From NCBI GenBank assembly GCA_036788335.1, contig DAIQNP010000001.1, forward strand, positions 1 to 44,985: a stretch of 44,985 nt of DNA, read 5' to 3'. The DNA is from Erythrobacter sp. (GTDB taxonomy: Bacteria; Pseudomonadota; Alphaproteobacteria; Sphingomonadales; Sphingomonadaceae). The notes under the pieces were generated by a model, which worked only from the letters and a program-made list of their open reading frames with translations, was not told where the DNA came from and did not search any database. Below are positions 1 to 10,086 of this stretch, in pieces (within the stretch, counting starts at the first letter, position 1; every line of letters starts with the position of its first letter). The position numbers and the translations under genes are program-made.

Positions 1-531
1 TTCCATGCGCCCTTCGCGTTCCAGCCGCAGCGTCAACTCATCGCGCAGCCGGTGGAGGAAGCGCACGTCGCTCGCCGCGTATTCGCGCTGCGCATCGGAC
101 AGCACCGGCCCGCCCCAGTCGCTTGACTGCTGCTGCTTCGACAGGCTTTCGCCGAGCAATTCCTCGACCAGGTTCTTGAGGCCATGCCGGTCGGTATAGG
201 TGCGCACCAGCTTGCTGGCGATCTTGGTGCAGAACACCGGCGCAGCGGTGACGCCGAGGTAATGTTCGATCGCGGCGAGGTCGAAGCGGCCGAAATGGTA
301 CAGCTTGACCCGCGCCGGATCGCCCAGCACCGCCTTGAGGTTGGGCGCGTCATAGGTGCTGCCGGGGCCGAAACGCACCAGATGCTCGTCGCCCGATCCG
401 TCGGACAATTGCACCACGCACAATCGGTCGCGCGGGGTGATCAGCCCCATCGTCTCGGTATCGACGGCGATTGCGGAATCGCCGACCAACACGCCGGGGG
501 GGAGGTCTTCTTCGTGGAAATGCACAGCCAT
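1..531 (-). CDS. rnd: Ribonuclease D-like 3'-5' exonuclease (3' end runs off the window)
   Basis: Not in ORF track; manual translation from ATG at 531: MAVHFHEEDLPPG...IAVDTETMGL...HFGRFDL...CTKIASKLVRTYTDRHGLKNL...SKQQQSSDWG...YAASDV, DEDDy exonuclease motifs. Confidence 0.92.
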   Translation of the reverse strand, partial: MAVHFHEEDLPPGVLVGDSAIAVDTETMGLITPRDRLCVVQLSDGSGDEHLVRFGPGSTYDAPNLKAVLGDPARVKLYHFGRFDLAAIEHYLGVTAAPVFCTKIASKLVRTYTDRHGLKNLVEELLGESLSKQQQSSDWGGPVLSDAQREYAASDVRFLHRLRDELTLRLEREGRME

Positions 532-614
532 GCCGCCGCCCTACGCCGATTGGGGAAAGAGGGGAAGCGCGGAAAAGTTGCCTGCGGGCCGGCCTTGGGT
601 ATAGCGCGGCGATC

Positions 615-1301
615 ATGGCCGCAGAGACCATTCCCGAAAGCTGGCGCCCGGCGCTGGAGCCGGTGCTGGACACGCCCGCCGCGCGCCGACTGGACGGCTG
701 GCTCAAGGCCGAAGAGGCAGCGGGCCGCGTGATCTATCCGCCGCGCGGCACGCGGCTGGCCGCGCTGGCGCTGACGCCGCTGGAGGCGGTGCGCTGCGTC
801 ATCCTCGGGCAGGATCCCTACCACGGACCGGGACAGGCACATGGCCTCGCCTTTTCGGTGCAGGACAGCGTGCGCCCGCCGCCCTCGCTGGTCAATATTT
901 TCAAGGAGATGGAAAGCGATCTTGGCCTTCCCCGCCCGGCGACCGGCGATCTCAGCGCGTGGGCGCGGCGCGGCGTGCTGCTGCTCAACAACACGCTGAC
1001 CGTGGCGGCGGGACAGGCGGGGAGCCATGCGGGGCGCGGTTGGGATCAGATCACCGATGCCGCGGTCGCCGCCGTCGCCGCGCGCACGGAGCCGACCGTG
1101 TTCATCCTGTGGGGTAGCCATGCCCGCAAGAAAGCCGAGCGCATCCCAGCGCTGGCCCGCAGCGCGCAGCATCTGGTGCTGACCTCGGCCCATCCCAGCC
1201 CGCTGTCGGCGCATAACGGATTCTTCGGATCGCGCCCCTTCAGCCGCGCCAACGCCTTTCTGGCCGAGCACGGTCGCGGCGCGATCGACTGGGCGCTGTA
1301 A
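615..1301 (+). CDS. ung: Uracil-DNA glycosylase family 1
   Basis: GQDPYH, GLAFSV, PPSLVNI, GVLLLN, HPSPLS motifs; ATG 615 preferred over ORF-track start 471. Confidence 0.96.
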   Translation: MAAETIPESWRPALEPVLDTPAARRLDGWLKAEEAAGRVIYPPRGTRLAALALTPLEAVRCVILGQDPYHGPGQAHGLAFSVQDSVRPPPSLVNIFKEMESDLGLPRPATGDLSAWARRGVLLLNNTLTVAAGQAGSHAGRGWDQITDAAVAAVAARTEPTVFILWGSHARKKAERIPALARSAQHLVLTSAHPSPLSAHNGFFGSRPFSRANAFLAEHGRGAIDWAL

Positions 1302-1307
1302 GGCGAA

Positions 1308-2351
1308 TCAGACCGCGCGCGGGGCACGGCCGATGCTGCCGCGTTCGGCGAGGGTGAGGGGTTCGGGCCACTCGGGCAGTCGATCCGCGTCCGCAGAGCC
1401 ATTGATCGGACCCATCAGCCGCTCGCACGCAGCGGCGAACAGCGCGGCGTGGGGGCGATAGAGCGCAGCCAGCGGCGGCTGGCAGCGCGCCAGATCGGGC
1501 CGGTCCTCAAGCGCGACCAGCGTCACATCGCGCGGGATGAAGAGCCGCAAACCGCGCGCCACCTGCGCCGCCGCCAGCGCAACCTCGGCGGTTTCGGCGA
1601 TGATCGCGGTGGGACGAATGGTCGGCACCAGCCAGCTGCGGGCCTGTTCGGTCGCGGCGGTGAAATCGAGCGGCGCCTCGGCAACGAAATGGTGGTGCGC
1701 CCGGCTGCCCTTCTGTACCAGCGCACGGCGATAGCCCGCGAGCCGGTGCTGCGAACGCTGCGGGTCGCCGGTGCCGGTCATGAAGGCGATTTGGCGGTGA
1801 CCGAGGTCGATCAGGCGGCGGGCGGCAGACTCGGCGTGGTCGGCATCCTCGGCACCCGGCGTGGCGCGGCCCGCTGCGACGCGTTCGGCCAGGGTGGTGA
1901 ACGGGATCGCGCGCCGGGTCAGCGCCGCGTGCAAATCGGTGCGGTCGTCCAGCGGCGGCAGCAGGATCACCCCGTCAGGCTGGAGCGCACCGACCGCCTC
2001 GGCCAGCTGCTGCGCACCCGCTTCGCCGGGATCGACCTGATCGAACAGCAGCCGGTAGTGCTGCGCCCCGCAGGCGGCAATCCCGGCCAGCAGCATCGCA
2101 TCGAGCGGCATCCGGGCGGCCAGCGCCAGCGGCTCCTCACGCGCGATCACCGCCAGCAGCAGCTGGCTGCGCCCGCCGCCCATTGCCCGTGCCGCGAGAC
2201 TGGGAACATAACCGAGCGCGGCGATTGCCGCCTCGACCCGTTCACGTGCGGCGGGCGAGACATTGGGCTGACGGTTGATCACCCGCGAAACGGTCTGGCG
2301 CGATACGCTGGCCGCACTGGCCACATCTTCGATGGTGATCCCCCGACCCAC
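1308..2351 (-). CDS. LacI-family transcriptional regulator
   Basis: N-terminal HTH ITIEDVASAASVSRQTVSRVIN, LGYVPSLAARAM hinge, LIDLGHRQIAF; GTG start behind AAAGGGAG RBS-like sequence. Confidence 0.9.
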   Translation of the reverse strand: MGRGITIEDVASAASVSRQTVSRVINRQPNVSPAARERVEAAIAALGYVPSLAARAMGGGRSQLLLAVIAREEPLALAARMPLDAMLLAGIAACGAQHYRLLFDQVDPGEAGAQQLAEAVGALQPDGVILLPPLDDRTDLHAALTRRAIPFTTLAERVAAGRATPGAEDADHAESAARRLIDLGHRQIAFMTGTGDPQRSQHRLAGYRRALVQKGSRAHHHFVAEAPLDFTAATEQARSWLVPTIRPTAIIAETAEVALAAAQVARGLRLFIPRDVTLVALEDRPDLARCQPPLAALYRPHAALFAAACERLMGPINGSADADRLPEWPEPLTLAERGSIGRAPRAV

Positions 2352-2698
2352 TGCCCCCCGTCTCCCTTTCGCTTCCGTAGCGATCAAGATTGCACCGTCC
2401 GGATTGCGGGTTCGTGGCACGGGCAAACAAATACCGCACCCCGCCAAGCGCCACGTCTTCAGCCGGCCATGCAGCCCCGAACCCGGCCCCACGACGGCCT
2501 GCTTGTTCCAGCAACCGCCGCGCGCGTCCATGACAAAATTGCAATCGTTGATCGAGCCGATCGGGAGGATCGTCGAGGTCAGGCTTGATTTTGGCACGGT
2601 CGGACCAATCTTCTACACCCTGATCTTCAATAGGGCGCAGTCCCGCGCGATACCGATGACAGTGGAATGTTACAGCACCAAGGCGTATAGGATACCAT

Positions 2699-3769
2699 AT
2701 GGCGACGCTGACCAACGAATTTGCGCATCCGCGCCGCGCCGCAGCGGGGAAGCCTTCACGCGCGCCCTGGCGGCGGGTGCGCGACGCGGCCGAGGCGCCG
2801 ACCGTCGGCGTCATCTACAATCCGCGCAGCCACCGCAACCTGGGCGCGGATTTCGATTGCGCCGTCTGCCCGCACGTTCACATCGCGCAGCCGGGCGCGC
2901 GGTCCCAGCTGCCGGAGGCACTCGCCGATCTGGCCGAGCGCGGGATCGACCTTCTGGTGATCAACGGCGGCGACGGGACGGTACGCGACGTGCTGACCTG
3001 CGGCGCCCCGATCTTCGGTGACGACTGGCCCGCAATCGCCGTGCTGCCCAAGGGCAAGACCAACGCGCTGACTGTCGACCTCGGTATCCCGGCAGACTGG
3101 AACTTGCAGGACGCGATCGAAGCATTCGATCACGGCAGCCGGGTCCAGCGGCGACCGATGGCCCTTGCCGCGAGCGATGCTTCCGGCAGCAATGCTTCCG
3201 GCAGCGATGCCGCGGGGGCCTCAGCGCCGCTGATGGGCTTCATTCTGGGTGCGGGCGCTTTCACCACCGCCACCCGCGCCGGCCAGAGCGCACACCGGCT
3301 GGGCGCGTTCAACAGTCTGGCTGTGGGCGTCACCGCGCTGTGGGCACTGGCGCAGTCGCTGCTGGGCAGCCGGGCCAATCCGTGGCGCAAGGGCGCGCGC
3401 ATGTCGATCCGGCTGGGTGCCAGCGGCGCACCGATGGCGCATAGCGGCCACGGTGATCCGGCGATGCGGCAGGTGCTGTTCGCATCGACGCTGGAAAATT
3501 TGCCGGCGGGCATCCGCCCCTTCGGTCGGCTGCGGCGCGGGCTCAAGCTGGTGGCGGTCGATCAGATTTCGCGCCTCACCACCGCACTCGCGCCGGCGAT
3601 CGCGATGGGCCGGTTCGAGCGCAATCTGCGCGAACGCGGGGTCCACCAGATCGCCGCTTCGCAATTCGCCTTCACCATCGACGATCAGATCATCCTCGAC
3701 GGCGAAGCCTTCCCTCCGGGCGAATACAGCGTGAGCCAGGGCCCGGAGCTCGAATTCGTCACGCCGTGA
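2699..3769 (+). CDS. Diacylglycerol/sphingosine/ceramide kinase family protein
   Basis: VIYNPRS, INGGDGTV, LPKGKTNAL, LDGEAF motifs of the DAGK catalytic family. Confidence 0.85.
   Translation: MATLTNEFAHPRRAAAGKPSRAPWRRVRDAAEAPTVGVIYNPRSHRNLGADFDCAVCPHVHIAQPGARSQLPEALADLAERGIDLLVINGGDGTVRDVLTCGAPIFGDDWPAIAVLPKGKTNALTVDLGIPADWNLQDAIEAFDHGSRVQRRPMALAASDASGSNASGSDAAGASAPLMGFILGAGAFTTATRAGQSAHRLGAFNSLAVGVTALWALAQSLLGSRANPWRKGARMSIRLGASGAPMAHSGHGDPAMRQVLFASTLENLPAGIRPFGRLRRGLKLVAVDQISRLTTALAPAIAMGRFERNLRERGVHQIAASQFAFTIDDQIILDGEAFPPGEYSVSQGPELEFVTP
3173..3217 (+). repeat. In-frame 15-nt tandem repeat (3 imperfect copies) encoding SDASG-SNASG-SDAAG
   Basis: agcgatgcttccggc / agcaatgcttccggc / agcgatgccgcgggg. 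Confidence 0.8.
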
Positions 3770-4722
3770 CGGTTGCGATGAAGCGGATGGTGTTCCCTGA
3801 CGCGGACGCCGTTTTGACGCAGCGCATTGCGGATCAGCTTGCCCGGCCGATCGATCCGGCGGTGGCGCGTTTCGCCGCCGCGCTGGCCCACGGTGCCGGC
3901 GCGCGGGCGGTGTTGTTCTATGGATCGAACCTGCGGACCGGCTTGCTTGAGGGCGTGCTCGATTTCTATGTCCTGCTGCCCGGCCCCGGCGAAGCGGCGA
4001 TCTGGCCCACGGTCCGCTATCAGGAGCACCCGCGTCCCCATCCGCAGCAAGACGGCACGATGCTGCGCGCCAAGGTCGCGACCATGGCGCTTCCGACCTT
4101 CGCCAGGGCAGCCAGCGGGCAGGCGACCGACACCACCATCTGGGCGCGGTTCGTCCAGCCGAGCGTGCTGGCATGGGCCGCGGACGACGACGCCCGGCGC
4201 GACGTGACCGCCGCCATCGGCGCGGCCTGCATGACCGCAGCCCGGCTCGCCGCCGCGCTCGGCCCGGTGGACGGCCCGGCCGAAGCCTATTGGCGCGCGC
4301 TGTTCCGGGCCACCTATCGGGCCGAATTGCGGGTCGAGAAGCCAGGGCGCGAGAATGACATCCTGGCCGTCAACCCTGCGCATTTTGCCGGATTGCTGCC
4401 GGCCGCGCTGGCGGCGGCGGGAATCGCACCACAGGTGGCGGGCGAGCGCCTGACCCCTGCGCTGCCCATGCGCGAACGCCGCGCGATCCAGCACTGGTGG
4501 CGACGGCGGCGGCGGCTCGGCAAGGCGCTCAACCTGTTGCGGCTGACCAAGGCCAGCATCACCTTCGAAGGCGCGGCGCGCTATGCCGCCTGGAAGATCG
4601 AGCGCCATACCGGGGTCGCCATTGCCGTGACCCCGCTGCGCGAACGCGTGCCATTGCTGGCCCTGCCGAGTGTGGCCTGGGCATTATGGCGTCACAGCCT
4701 GCGCCAGCACCGCCGCCGCTAG
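3766..4722 (+). CDS. Tam41/Mmp37-like nucleotidyltransferase-fold protein (putative lipid-phosphate cytidylyltransferase)
   Basis: VLFYGS...GVLDFYVL NTase motif, [31 protein letters not shown] blocks colinear with Tam41 motifs as I recall them; GTGA overlap with upstream kinase. Confidence 0.7.
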   Translation: MTVAMKRMVFPDADAVLTQRIADQLARPIDPAVARFAAALAHGAGARAVLFYGSNLRTGLLEGVLDFYVLLPGPGEAAIWPTVRYQEHPRPHPQQDGTMLRAKVATMALPTFARAASGQATDTTIWARFVQPSVLAWAADDDARRDVTAAIGAACMTAARLAAALGPVDGPAEAYWRALFRATYRAELRVEKPGRENDILAVNPAHFAGLLPAALAAAGIAPQVAGERLTPALPMRERRAIQHWWRRRRRLGKALNLLRLTKASITFEGAARYAAWKIERHTGVAIAVTPLRERVPLLALPSVAWALWRHSLRQHRRR

Positions 4723-5279
4723 CTCATGTAGCGCATCTCGACCGTCATCCGGGTCATGCCCTCGCCCACGCGAAAGCGGGTCTTGTCGAGCGAAGGCGGC
4801 AAGGGAATGCCGAGCAGGGTCTTGACCACCGGATCGTTCGACATGCCCCCGCCGTCGATCGAGAAATCGGTCTTGCGGTTGCCATTGGCATCGTGCTGCA
4901 CGGTGAACGCATAGTCGCCCGCCGCCGGCAGCGGCACACAGACGGTCATCGAACCCTTGCGCGGGGTGGTGTCGATCCGGTGGATGTAGCGCTTGCTCTT
5001 GAGCCAGTCGCTGCTGCGCGCGTGATAAGTCCGCACGAACAGGTTGCCGGACGACGACTTGATCCCGCTGATCTCGAGCCGGATCGCCGGGCCTTTGCCG
5101 GGCGCGCACTGCCTCATGTCGTTGTCGATCTTGCGGCCATAGGACTGGGCAGCGAGCGGGCCGGCCAGAGGACCGGCAAGCCCGCCGAGCACCAGCGCAC
5201 CGGCTGCGGCGGCAGTGACGGCAGGCGCAAAGCGCGGGCGAAAGCGGAACAGGCGAGGCATCATCTGGGTCATCGTCAT
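4719..5279 (-). CDS. DUF2141 family exported protein
   Basis: Signal-peptide-like N-terminus ending [17 protein letters not shown]...[14 protein letters not shown]...DGGGMSNDP pattern; start uncertain (5279/5273). Confidence 0.75.
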   Translation of the reverse strand: MTMTQMMPRLFRFRPRFAPAVTAAAAGALVLGGLAGPLAGPLAAQSYGRKIDNDMRQCAPGKGPAIRLEISGIKSSSGNLFVRTYHARSSDWLKSKRYIHRIDTTPRKGSMTVCVPLPAAGDYAFTVQHDANGNRKTDFSIDGGGMSNDPVVKTLLGIPLPPSLDKTRFRVGEGMTRMTVEMRYMS

Positions 5280-5498
5280 TCCTGTGGGGAGAGGGGGCGG
5301 CGCAGCGGGCCGGAAGCGCAAGGGCGCAAGGGAAAAGCTGTCAGGCCATTGTGCCTCTGTGGCGATCCGTGCCTGAATTGCGGCTTAATCCCCTGTGATG
5401 ATGGAGGCGACGGTGGAAAAGGCGTCGCCCGCGACTGTCCAGCGATTCGCTGGTCCCGTAAGGCTGTCCGGGTCCCATCAGGAGCGCGTTTCACGCCC

Positions 5499-6161
5499 AT
5501 GCCGGCCCCGCTGATTTCCCCTTCGATCCTGTCCGCCGATTTCGCCCGGCTGGGCGAGGAAGTTCGCGCCATCGACGCCGCCGGTGCGGACTGGATCCAT
5601 GTGGATGTGATGGACGGCCATTTCGTCCCCAACATCACCATCGGCCCCGCCGTGGTCAAGGCGCTGCGGCCGCACACGGCCAAGCCGTTCGACGTTCACC
5701 TGATGATCGCCCCGGTCGACCCCTATCTCGAAGCCTTTGCCGATGCCGGGGCCGACATCATCACGGTCCACCCCGAAGCCGGGCCGCATATCCACCGGAC
5801 CTTGCAGGCGATCCGCGCGCTCGGCAAGCAGGCAGGCGTGGTGATCAATCCCGGCACCCCGGTCGAAGTGCTCGATAACCTGATGGACCTGGCCGACCTG
5901 ATCCTGGTCATGAGCGTCAATCCCGGCTTCGGCGGGCAGAGCTTCATCCCCTCGCAACTGGAAAAGATCGCCCGCATCCGTTCGATGATCACCCGTTCGG
6001 GCCGCAAGATCCATCTGGAAGTCGATGGCGGGGTCAATCCCGAAACGGCCCGGATGTGCATCGAGGCCGGGGCCGATGTGCTGGTGGCGGGATCGGCCAC
6101 CTTCAAGGGCGGGCCGGATCACTACGCCGCCAATATCGCCGCGCTCAAAGGGGCGCGGTGA
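5499..6161 (+). CDS. rpe: Ribulose-phosphate 3-epimerase
   Basis: [43 protein letters not shown]. Confidence 0.97.
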   Translation: MPAPLISPSILSADFARLGEEVRAIDAAGADWIHVDVMDGHFVPNITIGPAVVKALRPHTAKPFDVHLMIAPVDPYLEAFADAGADIITVHPEAGPHIHRTLQAIRALGKQAGVVINPGTPVEVLDNLMDLADLILVMSVNPGFGGQSFIPSQLEKIARIRSMITRSGRKIHLEVDGGVNPETARMCIEAGADVLVAGSATFKGGPDHYAANIAALKGAR

Positions 6162-8077
6162 TGGCGACGCTGCTGCGCACTCCAGCCGGTCGGCGCGCCG
6201 ATGCGCTGGTGGAGCGGGCAGCGGATAGTCCGGTGCTGGCCCTGTCGGGCGGGTCGGAACCCCATGTCACCGCCGCAGCATTGCCCGGTGCGGGCGATCT
6301 TGCGCCGGTGGAACCCTCGCGCGCGCTGGCGCTGAGCGATGTCATCGCTGCGCCTGCAGGTCCGGGCGAGGCGCTGATCCGGCTGGCCTACCGGCTGGGC
6401 GTGCCGGGCCATGCGCTGGCCGCCCCGTTCCGCCGTCCGGGGCCGCTGCGCGTGCTGGCGACGGTGGACAGTCCCCAGCACGGCGATCGTGCCGCCGGGA
6501 CGGCCCTGCGCGCCGGGCATTTTCTGGTGCACGGCGCCAAGGTGCCGATCGGGCAGGTCGATTTCACCGGCGCCGCGCGGCTCGCCCCCGGAATCGAGCG
6601 CGCGGTGCACAGTTTCGCCTGGCTCGCCGATCTCGCCGCCAGCGCGCCGCGCGCCGATGCCGCCCCGGTGGCCGAGCGGGTCGCGGCGCTGTGGCTCAAT
6701 GCCAATCCCGCGCCGGAGCGATACGCCGGCAAGATTGCGGGCCGGGCCAAGAACCCGGCGTGGGACGTCGAACATGCCGGGCTGCGGCTGCTGGCGCTGC
6801 TGGTCCATGCGCCGCTGGTGCTGGCCGGGCACAACGACAAGGGCCTGCGCCCGCGGCTGCTGACGGCGATGGCCGAGACCGCCGGGTGGCTCGACAAGCG
6901 GGTGCTGCGCGAAGGGGCCGGGATCGGTCAGGTCGCGGGCTGGGCCGGGATCGTCGCTGCCGGACTGCTGCTGCCCCACGGCAAGCCGCGCCGCCTCTAT
7001 GGCGAGGCCGGGCTGGTGCGCGCGCTGGGCGACATGGTGGGCGAGGATGGCGGGGTGCTGTCGCGCTGCCCGGCGGCGCAGATCGACGCGATCCGGCTGC
7101 TGACTGATCTTGTCGCCTGTTACGGCGCGGTCGGGATCACGCCGCCGCCCGCGCTCGGGGTCATGCGCGAATTGCTGGTGCCGCCGCTCCTGTCGCTGCG
7201 CCACGGCGACGGCGCGCTGGGCAGCTGGCAGGGACAGGGCGCGATTCCTGCCGAGCGGGTAGCGGCGGTGATCGCGGCCAGCGGCGTGCGCACCCGGCCG
7301 CTGACGACAGTCGGCAGCTGGGGTTACCAGCGCATCCGCGCCGGCGAGACGCTGGTGCAGTTCGACGCCGCGCCCCCGCCGCGCGCACGCCATGCAAGGC
7401 AGGGCTGCGCCTCGACGCTCGCCTTCGAATTGTCCGACGGTCCGGCGCGGGTCATCGTCAATTGCGGCGGCGCAGGCCTGGCCGGCGGGCAGGTGCCGGC
7501 CCGCATCGGGCAGGGCTTGCGGGCGACGGCAGCGTGTTCGACGCTGGTGCTCGACAATGTCAATTCCACCGCAGTGCTGCTCCACGGCCAGCTCGGCAAG
7601 GGAGTCGAGACGGTCGAGGTCGAGCGGCGCATGATCCCTGCACGCGGGCGCGAGGCAACCCGGATCGAGGCCGCGCACGACGGTTATGTCCAGCGCTTCG
7701 GCCTGGTCCACCAGCGCATCCTGACGCTAAGCGCCGATGGAACCGAGCTGGCAGGCGAGGACATCCTCGTCCCCGCATCGCGCAAGGGCAAGCGCGGCAA
7801 GATCGGCTTTGCGGTGCGGTTCCACCTCGGGCGCGGGGTCGAGGTGCAATTGTCGGGGGACAAGCGCGGGGCGAGCCTGCTGCTGCCCGACGGTCGGCTC
7901 TGGCAATTCCGGATGGGCGGCGATAGGGGCGGCGCGGACGAAATCACGCTGCACGCCGAAGACAGCCTGTGGATCGACGGCGAAGGCCGCCCCCACGCGA
8001 CCGAGCAGCTGGTGATCGAAGGGCTGACATCGCGCGGCGGGGGGCAATTCTCCTGGCTGCTCAGGAAGACAGGGTAG
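6161..8077 (+). CDS. Heparinase II/III family protein
   Basis: HSFAWLADL, STLAFELSDG, IVNCG, AAHDGYVQRFGLVHQR, VRFHL; TGATG coupling to rpe; usual position before purH. Confidence 0.8.
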   Translation: MATLLRTPAGRRADALVERAADSPVLALSGGSEPHVTAAALPGAGDLAPVEPSRALALSDVIAAPAGPGEALIRLAYRLGVPGHALAAPFRRPGPLRVLATVDSPQHGDRAAGTALRAGHFLVHGAKVPIGQVDFTGAARLAPGIERAVHSFAWLADLAASAPRADAAPVAERVAALWLNANPAPERYAGKIAGRAKNPAWDVEHAGLRLLALLVHAPLVLAGHNDKGLRPRLLTAMAETAGWLDKRVLREGAGIGQVAGWAGIVAAGLLLPHGKPRRLYGEAGLVRALGDMVGEDGGVLSRCPAAQIDAIRLLTDLVACYGAVGITPPPALGVMRELLVPPLLSLRHGDGALGSWQGQGAIPAERVAAVIAASGVRTRPLTTVGSWGYQRIRAGETLVQFDAAPPPRARHARQGCASTLAFELSDGPARVIVNCGGAGLAGGQVPARIGQGLRATAACSTLVLDNVNSTAVLLHGQLGKGVETVEVERRMIPARGREATRIEAAHDGYVQRFGLVHQRILTLSADGTELAGEDILVPASRKGKRGKIGFAVRFHLGRGVEVQLSGDKRGASLLLPDGRLWQFRMGGDRGGADEITLHAEDSLWIDGEGRPHATEQLVIEGLTSRGGGQFSWLLRKTG

Positions 8078-8086
8078 AATTTCACC

Positions 8087-9709
8087 ATGACGCAAATGGC
8101 GATCAAGCGGGCGCTGGTGTCGGTGTCCGACAAGACCGGATTGGCCGAGTTGGGCGCAGGCCTGGCGGCGTGGGGCGTCGAGCTGGTCAGCACCGGCGGC
8201 ACGGCAAGCTGCTTGCGCGAGGCCGGTCTGACGGTGCGCGACGTATCCGAACTCACCGGCTTTCCCGAGATGATGGACGGGCGGGTCAAGACGCTTCATC
8301 CTGCGGTGCATGGCGGGCTGCTGGCGCTGCGTGACAATGCCGAGCACGTCGCGGCGATGGAAGCCCACGGGATCGGCGCGATCGATCTGGTGGTGGTCAA
8401 CCTCTACCCCTTCGAAGCGACCGTGGCCAAGGGCGCGGGGCGGGCCGAGATCATCGAGAATATCGACATCGGCGGGCCGTCGATGGTGCGATCCGCCGCG
8501 AAGAACCACGGTTTCGTGACGATCCTGACCGACCCGGCCGATTACCCCGCGCTGCTGGAGGAACTCGCCGCGAACGACGGCGCGACCAGCGAAGCCTTCC
8601 GCATCCGCATGGCGGGCAAAGCCTATGCCCGCACCGCCGCCTATGACGCGGCGATTGCGGGCTGGTTCGCCTTCGGGGACGCCTTCACTCACCCGCTTGG
8701 TGCCGAGGCGCTGCACGCCACCCCCTTCGTCGACACCATGCCGCTCGCCTTCCAGCGCGCCGAGGTGCTGCGCTATGGCGAGAACCCGCACCAGTCCGCC
8801 GCGATCTATGTTCCGCAAGTCGTCGGCGCGCGCGGGGTGCCGCAGGCGGCGCAGTTGCAGGGCAAGGAACTGAGCTACAACAACCTGAACGACGCCGATG
8901 CCGCGCTGGAACTGGCGGCGGAATTTGCCGGGCAGGGCCCCGCCGTCGTGATCGTCAAGCACGCCAACCCTTGCGGCGTGGCGCAGAGCGATTCGCTGCT
9001 GGCGGCATGGGAAGCGGCGCTGGCGTGCGATTCGGTCTCGGCCTTCGGCGGGATCGTCGCGGTGAATTGCGAACTCGACGGCGCCACCGCCGAATCGATT
9101 GCGGGCATCTTCACCGAGGTCGTGATCGCACCCAGCGTCAGCGCCGAAGCGCGCGCGGTGTTCGCGAAGAAGAAGAACCTGCGCCTGCTCGAATGCGGCA
9201 CGCTCCCCGATCCGCGCCGGGGCGGGTTCGCGATGAAGACCATCGCGGGCGGGATGCTGATCCAGTCGCGCGATGCAGGTGCGGTGTCGCCGGACGACCT
9301 CACGGTGGTGACCAAACGCGCGCCCACCGGGCAGGAACTCAAGGACTGCCTGTTCGCCTGGACCGTGGCGCGCCACGTCAAGTCCAATGCCATCGTCTAT
9401 GCGAAAGACGGCGCGACCGCCGGGATCGGCGCAGGCCAGATGAACCGCCGCGATTCGGCCCGGATCGCCGCGATCAAGGCGCAGGAAGCCGCCGAAACCC
9501 ACGGCTGGCCCGCCCCGCGCACGGTCGGCAGCGCGGTCGCATCGGACGCCTTCTTCCCCTTCGCCGACGGGCTGATCTCCGCCGCCGAAGCGGGCGCGAC
9601 CGCCGTGATCCAGCCGGGCGGCTCGATCCGCGACGACGAGGTGATCGCCGCCGCCGACGCCGCCGGGCTCGCGATGGTGTTCACCGGGATGCGGCATTTC
9701 CGGCACTGA
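8087..9709 (+). CDS. purH: Bifunctional AICAR transformylase/IMP cyclohydrolase
   Basis: [55 protein letters not shown]. Confidence 0.98.
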   Translation: MTQMAIKRALVSVSDKTGLAELGAGLAAWGVELVSTGGTASCLREAGLTVRDVSELTGFPEMMDGRVKTLHPAVHGGLLALRDNAEHVAAMEAHGIGAIDLVVVNLYPFEATVAKGAGRAEIIENIDIGGPSMVRSAAKNHGFVTILTDPADYPALLEELAANDGATSEAFRIRMAGKAYARTAAYDAAIAGWFAFGDAFTHPLGAEALHATPFVDTMPLAFQRAEVLRYGENPHQSAAIYVPQVVGARGVPQAAQLQGKELSYNNLNDADAALELAAEFAGQGPAVVIVKHANPCGVAQSDSLLAAWEAALACDSVSAFGGIVAVNCELDGATAESIAGIFTEVVIAPSVSAEARAVFAKKKNLRLLECGTLPDPRRGGFAMKTIAGGMLIQSRDAGAVSPDDLTVVTKRAPTGQELKDCLFAWTVARHVKSNAIVYAKDGATAGIGAGQMNRRDSARIAAIKAQEAAETHGWPAPRTVGSAVASDAFFPFADGLISAAEAGATAVIQPGGSIRDDEVIAAADAAGLAMVFTGMRHFRH

Positions 9710-9718
9710 TTTGGTTAG

Positions 9719-9883
9719 CGAAGGCGCCTCCGCGCCTTCGTCCTCGGTGCTGTTCCTTCCCCCGGATCAAGTCCGGGGTCCGGGCACCTGCGGGCGGCCG
9801 GTCGGCCTTGCGGCCTTTCAGGCCGTTCGGGCTTTCCCTAACAAGATTCCGTTCGCCCTGAGCTTGTCGAAGGGCCGTTCTTC
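9719..9883. repeat. Intergenic cluster of REP-like palindromes
   Basis: Hairpins cgaaggcgc/gcgccttcg (9719-9740), ccccgga-tcaag-tccgggg (9760-9778), cggcct/aggccg (9811-9825), and unit ccgttcgccctgagcttgtcgaagggccgttcttc (9849-9883) that recurs at 15211-15325. Confidence 0.8.
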
Positions 9884-9974
9884 CCTCGCGGCACCCTGAA
9901 ATTTCGTTTCGTCGCGCCACAGCAACGCCTTGGCCCGGCCTTCGCTTGCTCTCAACCATTCGCCGCGCACTTGC

Positions 9975-10000
9975 GTAACTTCTCCGGGCAGCGCGGCGTA
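9975..10000 (+). promoter_or_regulatory. Candidate ECF sigma-factor promoter upstream of the small ORF-msrA pair
   Basis: GTAACT-N16-CGTA, resembling GTAAC...CG(A/T)A promoters of alphaproteobacterial ECFs that control msr genes. Confidence 0.3.
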
Positions 10001-10086
10001 ACGCCGACTGTACGGACCGTTCATTCCGGCGAAATTCGTCGCAGGCCATGACGGTCGCACCAGTACGAACCATTTCGAGAACCACC

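Noticed and set aside
2591..2610. TGGCAC as sigma-54 promoter (also near 2415 and 22934)
   Set aside because: No TTGC -12 element at the required spacing
4497..5498. Apparent long N-terminal extension on rpe (554-aa ORF)
   Set aside because: Overlaps two real genes; Rpe similarity starts at ATG 5499
7727..9706. 659-aa antisense ORF opposite purH, and similar long shadow ORFs (6122-7711, 33601-35181, 35490-36866)
   Set aside because: Mirror frames of real genes; high-GC codon bias suppresses stops and no protein motifs are present
9719..9883. CRISPR array or tRNA among the hairpins
   Set aside because: No regularly spaced identical repeats, no cas genes, no cloverleaf or T-loop
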